Part shown: piece after piece, positions 58,501 to 64,000 of the stretch
Layout: each line of letters opens with the position of its first letter
Numbering within the stretch: position 1 is the first letter of the stretch
Assembly: GCA_964016885.1 (NCBI GenBank)
Contig: OZ024740.1
Coordinates: 438,898,001 to 438,962,000, forward strand
Direction: 5' to 3'
Origin: Eledone cirrhosa
Lineage: Eukaryota
Length of the DNA: 64,000 bases
Position numbers and translations under genes: made by a program
The notes under the pieces: model-generated
Seen by the model: the letters and a program-made list of their open reading frames with translations, nothing else
Database searches by the model: none
Told to the model about the DNA's origin: nothing

Positions 58501-60974
58501 TAGACTGTATGGTATGGTACACTTCACAACTGAACATAGACTGTACGGTATAGTACACTTCACAACTGTACATAGACAGTATGGTACACTTTCACAAGTG
58601 TACACAGACTGTACGGTTTGGTACACTTAACAACTGTACATAGATAGTATGGTATGGTACACTTCACAACTTTACATAGACTGTATGGTATGGTGAACTT
58701 CACAACTGTACATAGACGTATGGTATGGTACACTTTACAACTGTACATAGACAGTATGGTATGGTACACTTCACAACTGTCTATAGACAGTATGGAATGG
58801 TACACTTCGCAAGTGTACATAGACTGTATGGTATGGTACACTTCACAACTGTACATAGACAGTATGGTATGGTACACTTCACAACTGAACATAGACTGTA
58901 CGGTATGGTACTCTTAACAACTGTACATAGATTGTATGGTATGGTACACTTAACAACTGTACATAGACTGTATGGTATGGTACACTTCACAACTGTACAT
59001 ATACTGTAATGTATGGTACACTTCACAACTGTACATAGACAGTATGGTATGGTACACTTCACAACTGTCTATAGACTGTAAGGTATGGAACACTTCACAA
59101 CTGTGCATAGACAGTATCGTATGGTACACTTCACAACTGTACATTGACGGTAAGGTATGGTACACTTCACAAGTGTACATAGACTGTATGGTATGGTACA
59201 CTTCACAATTGTACATAGACTGTACGGTATGGTACACTTCACAACTGTACATAGACAATATGGCATGTTACACTTCAGAACTGTACATAGTATGTATGGT
59301 ATGGTACACTTCACAACTGTACATAGACTGTAAGGTATAGTTAACTTCACAGCTGTACATAGAATGTATGGTATGGTTCACTTCACAACTGTACATAGAC
59401 TGTAATGTATGGTACACTTCACAACTGTACATAGACTGTATGGTATGGTACACTTCACAACTGTACATAGACTGTATGGTATGGTACACTTCACAACTGA
59501 ACATAGACTGTACGGTATAGTACACTTCACAACTGTACATAGACAGTATGGTACACTTTCACAAGTGTACACAGACTGTACGGTTTGGTACACTTCACAA
59601 CTGTACATAGATAGCATGTTATGGTACACTTCACAACTTTACATAGACTGTATGGTATGGTGAACTTCACAACTGTACATAGACGTATGGTATGGTACAC
59701 TTTACAACTGTACATAGACAGTATGGTATGGTACACTTCACAACTGTCTATAGACAATATGGTATGGTACACTTCGCAAGTGTACATAGACTGTATGGTA
59801 TGGTACACTTCACAACTGTACATAGACAGTATGGTATGGTACACTTCACAACTGAACATAGACTGTACGGTATGGTACCCTTAACAACTGTACATAGATT
59901 GTATGGTATGGTACACTTAACAACTGTACATAGACTGTATGGTATGGTACACTTCACAACTGTACATATACTGTAATGTATGGTACACTTCACAACTGTG
60001 CATAGACTGTATAGTATGGTACACATCACAACTGTACATAGACAGTATGGTATCGTACACTTTTCAACTGTACATAGACAGTATGGTATGGTACACTTCG
60101 CAAGTGTACATAGACTGTAAGGTATGGCACACTTCACAACTGTACATAGACACTATAGTATGGTACACATCACAACTGTACATAGACTGTAACGTATGGT
60201 ACACTTCACAACTGTACATAGACGTATGGTATGGTACACTTTACAACTGTACATAGACGGTATGGTATGGTACACTTCACAACTGTACATAGACAGTATG
60301 GTATCGTACACTTTTCAACTGTACATAGACAGTATGGTATGGTACACTTCGCAAGTGTACATATCCAGTATCGTATGGTACACTTCACAACTGTACATAG
60401 ACAGTATGGTATGGTACACATCACAACTGTACATAGACTGTATGGTATGGTACACTTCACAACTGTACATAGACTGTATTGTATGGTACACTTCACAACT
60501 GTACATAGACTGTAAGGTATGGTAAACTTCACAACTGTACATAGACTGTAAGATATGGTAAACTTCAGAACTGTACATAGACTGTATGGTATGGTACACT
60601 TCACAACTGTACATAGACTGTATGGTATGGTACACTTCAGAACTGTCATATACAGTATGGTATGATACACTTCACGACTGTACATAGACTGTATGGTATG
60701 GTACACATCAGAACTGTACATATACAGTACAGTATGGTACACTTCTCAACTGCACATAGACAGTATGGAATGGTACATTTGACAACTGTACATAGACTGT
60801 ATGGTATGGTACACTTCACAACTGTACAGAGACAGTACGGTATGGTATGGTACACTTCACAACTGTACATAGACTGTACGGTATGTTAACTTCACAACTG
60901 TACATAGACAGTAAGGTATGGTACACTTCACAACTGTACATAGACAGTATTGTATGGTACACTTTAAAACTGTA

Positions 60975-61555
60975 CATAGACTGTAAGGTATGGTACACTT
61001 TAAAACTGTACATAGACTGTAAGGTATGATAATCTTCACAACTGTACATAGACAGTATGGTATGGTACACTTCAGAACTGTACATAGACTGTAGGGTATC
61101 GTACACTTCACAACTGTACATAGAGAGTATGGTATAGTACACTTCACAACAGTACATAGACAGTAAGTTATGGTACACTTCACAACTGTACATATACAGT
61201 ATCTTATGGTACACTTCACAACTGTACATAGACTGTATGGTATGGTACAATTCACAACTGTACATAGACAGTATTGTATGGTACACTTTAAAACTGTACA
61301 TAGACTGTAAGGTATGATAATCTTCACAACTGTACATAGACAGTATGGTATGGTACACTTCAGAACTGTACATAGACTGTTGGGTATCGTACACTTCACA
61401 ACTGTACATAGAGAGTATGGTATAGTACACTTCAAAACAGTACATAGACAGTAAGTTATGGTACACTTCACAACTGTACATATACAGTATCTTATGGTAC
61501 ACTTCACAACTGTACATAGACTGTATGGTATGGTACAATTCACAACTGTACATAG
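60975..61555. repeat. 288-bp (8-monomer) tandem duplication
   Basis: The marker gataatcttc is at 61028 and 61316, each followed by the same order of variant monomers. Confidence 0.85.
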
Positions 61556-64000
61556 ACGGTATGTTATGGTACACTTCACAACTGTACATAGACTGTAAGG
61601 TATGGTACACTTCACAACTGTACATAGACAGTATGGTATGGTACACTTCACAACTGTACATAGACAGTATGGTATTGTACAATTCACAACTGTACATAGA
61701 CTGTATGGTATGGTAAACTTCAGAACTGTACATATACAGTATGGTATGGTACACTTCACAACTGTACATAGACAGTATGGAATGGTACACTTGACAACTG
61801 TACATAGACTGTATGGTACACTTCACAACTGTACAGAGACAGTACGGTATGGTATGGTACACTTCACAACTGTACATAGACTCTAAGGTATGGTAACTTC
61901 ACAACTGTACATAGACAGTATGTTATGGTACACTTCACAACTGTACATAGACTCTAAGGTATGGTACACTTCACAACTGTAAATAGACTGTATTGTATGG
62001 TACACTTCACAACTGTACTTAGACTGTAAGGTATGGTAAACTTCACAACTGTACATAGACAGTATGGTATGGTACACTTCACAACTGTACATAGATAGTA
62101 TGGTATGTTACACTTCACAACTTTACATAGACAGTATGGTATGGTACACTTCACAACTGTAAATAGACTGTATTGTATGGTACACTTCACAACTGTACAT
62201 AGACTGTAAGGTATGGTACACTTCACAACTGTACATAGACAGTATGGTATGCTACACTTCACAACTGTACATAGACTGTAAGGTATGGTACACTTCACAT
62301 CTGTACATAGACAGTATGGTACACTTTCACAAGTGTACACAGACTGTACGGTTTGGTACACTTCACAACTGTACATAGACTGTACGGTATGGTACACTTA
62401 ACAACTGTACATAGATAGTATGGTATGTTACACTTCACAACTTTACATAGACTGTATGGTATGGTACACTTCACAACTGTCTATAGACAGTATGGTATGG
62501 TACACTTCGCAAGTGTACATAGACTGTATGGTATGGTACACTTCACAACTGTACATAGACAGTATGGTATGGTACACTTCACAACTGAACATAGACTGTA
62601 CGGTATGGTACCTTTAACAACTGTACATAGATTGTATGGTATGGTACACTTAACAACTGTACATAGACTGTATGGTATGGTACACTTCACAACTGTACAT
62701 ATACTGTAATGTATGGTACACTTCACAACTGTGCATAGACTGTATAGTATGGTACACATCACAACTGTACATAGACAGTATGGTATCGTACACTTTTCAA
62801 CTGTACATAGACAGTATGGTATGGTACACTTCGCAAGTGTACATAGACTGTAAGGTATGGCACACTTCACAACTGTACATAGACACTATAGTATGGTACA
62901 CATCACAACTGTACATAGACTGTAACGTATGGTACACTTCACAACTGTACATAGACAGTATGGTATGGTACACTTCACAACTGTACATAGACTGTATGGT
63001 ATGGTGAACTTCACAACTGTACATAGACGTATGGTATGGTACACTTTACAACTGTACATAGACGGTATGGTATGGTACACTTCACAAATGTACATAGACA
63101 GTATGGTATCGTACACTTTTCAACTGTACGTAGACAGTATGGTATGGTACACTTCGCAAGTGTACATATCCAGTATCGTATGGTACACTTCACAACTGTA
63201 CATAGACAGTATGGTATGGTACACATCACAACTGTACATAGACAGTATGGTATGGTACACTTCACAACTGTACATAGACAGTATGGTATGGTACACTTCA
63301 CAACTGTGCATAGACAGTATGGTATGGTACACTTCACAACTATACATAGACTGTATTGTATGGTACACTTCACAACTGTACATAGACTGTAAGGTATGGT
63401 AAACTTCACAACTGTACATAGACTGTAAGATATGGTAAACTTCAGAACTGTACATAGACTGTATGGTATGGTACACTTCACAACTGTACATAGACTGTAT
63501 GGTATGGTACACTTCAGAACTGTCATATACAGTATGGTATGATACACTTCACGACTGTACATAGACTGTATGGTATGGTACACATCAGAACTGTACATAT
63601 ACAGTACAGTATGGTACACTTCTCAACTGCACATAGACAGTATGGAATGGTACATTTGACAACTGTACATAGACTGTATGGTATGGTACACTTCACAACT
63701 GTACAGAGACAGTACGGTATGGTATGGTATACTTCACAACTGTACATAGACTGTAAGGTATGTTAACTTCACAACTGTACATAGACAGTAAGGTATGGTA
63801 CACTTCACAACTGTACATAGACAGTATGGTATGGTACACTTCACAACTGTACATAGACAGTATTGTATGGTACACTTTAAAACTGTACATAGACTGTAAG
63901 GTATGGTACACTTTAAAACTGTACATAGACTGTAAGGTATGATAATCTTCACAACTGTACATAGACAGTATGGTATGGTACACTTCAGAACTGTACATAG

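Larger units (their letters stand above)
1..64000. repeat. 36-bp satellite tandem array, consensus TATGGTATGGTACACTTCACAACTGTACATAGAC(T/A)G, about 1,780 monomers, extending beyond both window ends
   Basis: The monomer is readable on every line, head-to-tail with no spacers and one orientation throughout. The ORF track shows a 12-aa periodicity in four frames (MVHFTTVHRLYG, MVWYTSQLYIDC, MYSCEVYHTIQS, CTIPYSLCTVVK). Confidence 0.99.
50630..64000. repeat. Satellite domain 3: more diverged mosaic of domain-2-related modules with shorter duplications (offsets 288, 967, 2,733-2,877, 3,776 and 6,509-6,580)
   Basis: Related ORFs at 55972/59748/62481, 56420/62929, 58654/59621, 60646/63523 and 57180/63760, with more differences between copies than in domain 2. 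Confidence 0.8.

Noticed and set aside
60816-61877. Longest ORF (353 aa, minus strand) as a real repeat protein
   Set aside because: It is simply a long indel-poor run, lengthened by a 288-bp duplication, and a 300-aa ORF overlaps it in another frame.
1-64000. Hundreds of overlapping ORFs of 60-353 aa with 12-aa repeats, including Cys-rich CTIPYSLCTVVK and His-rich MVHFTTVHRLYG
   Set aside because: They follow from a 36-bp unit with four stop-free frames. They overlap on both strands, are broken by frequent frameshifting indels (-1, -2, +/-5) and stop-creating variants such as TAAGG, and have no unique flanking domains.
1-64000. CRISPR array (36-bp repeat with an internal hairpin)
   Set aside because: The repeats abut directly with no unique spacers, and there is no leader or cas gene. 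Variation consists of scattered substitutions inherited in duplicated blocks.
1-64000. Telomerase-synthesised long-unit telomeric repeat
   Set aside because: The monomer has no overall G/C strand skew (T-type consensus A11 T11 G7 C7), and variants propagate in multi-kilobase blocks. That pattern indicates recombination or replication-based amplification rather than copying from one RNA template. A subtelomeric location is not excluded.
1-64000. Hidden insertion, transposon, inversion or RNA gene within the array
   Set aside because: Every stretch I read aligns to the monomer in the same orientation, and the ORF track never shows plus-strand peptides on the minus strand. A very short insertion could have been missed by eye.
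1-64000. Variant monomers as an encoded information store or a diversity-generating cassette system
   Set aside because: There is no recombinase, reverse transcriptase or expression locus in the window, and the variant patterns are explained by ordinary mutation plus block duplication.
1-64000. Synthetic sequence or pure sequencing artefact such as a rolling-circle concatemer
   Set aside because: Variants are hierarchically shared among blocks of different ages, as expected for a naturally evolved satellite. The copy number of the near-identical HORs still needs read validation.

Overview
The whole 64-kb window is one uninterrupted, single-orientation, head-to-tail tandem array of a 36-bp monomer. 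The consensus is TATGG-TATGG-TACAC-TTCAC-AACTG-TACAT-AGAC(T/A)G, about 39% GC, in roughly 1,780 copies (64,000/36). This looks like eukaryotic satellite DNA; I cannot assign it to a named family or taxon. I found no real gene, RNA gene, transposon insertion, inversion or CRISPR spacer. All listed ORFs arise because 36 is a multiple of 3 and four of the six frames of the monomer lack a stop codon. The informative structure lies in the monomer variants. (1) The monomer is built from 5-bp subunits and contains a one-mismatch hairpin, GTACACTT-CAC-AACTGTAC; several recurrent variants perfect or extend this dyad symmetry. (2) The array divides into three domains (about 1-20.8 kb, 22-50.6 kb and 50.6-64 kb), each with its own marker monomers. 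(3) Higher-order repeats (HORs) are nested: about 1.1-1.3 kb inside 3,556/3,808 bp in domain 1, and about 2 kb inside 5,364 and 5,717 bp in domain 2. Offsets come from identical ORF pairs in the supplied track and were spot-checked by eye, so breakpoints are approximate to about one monomer. I do not see evidence for a novel protein-coding system here.
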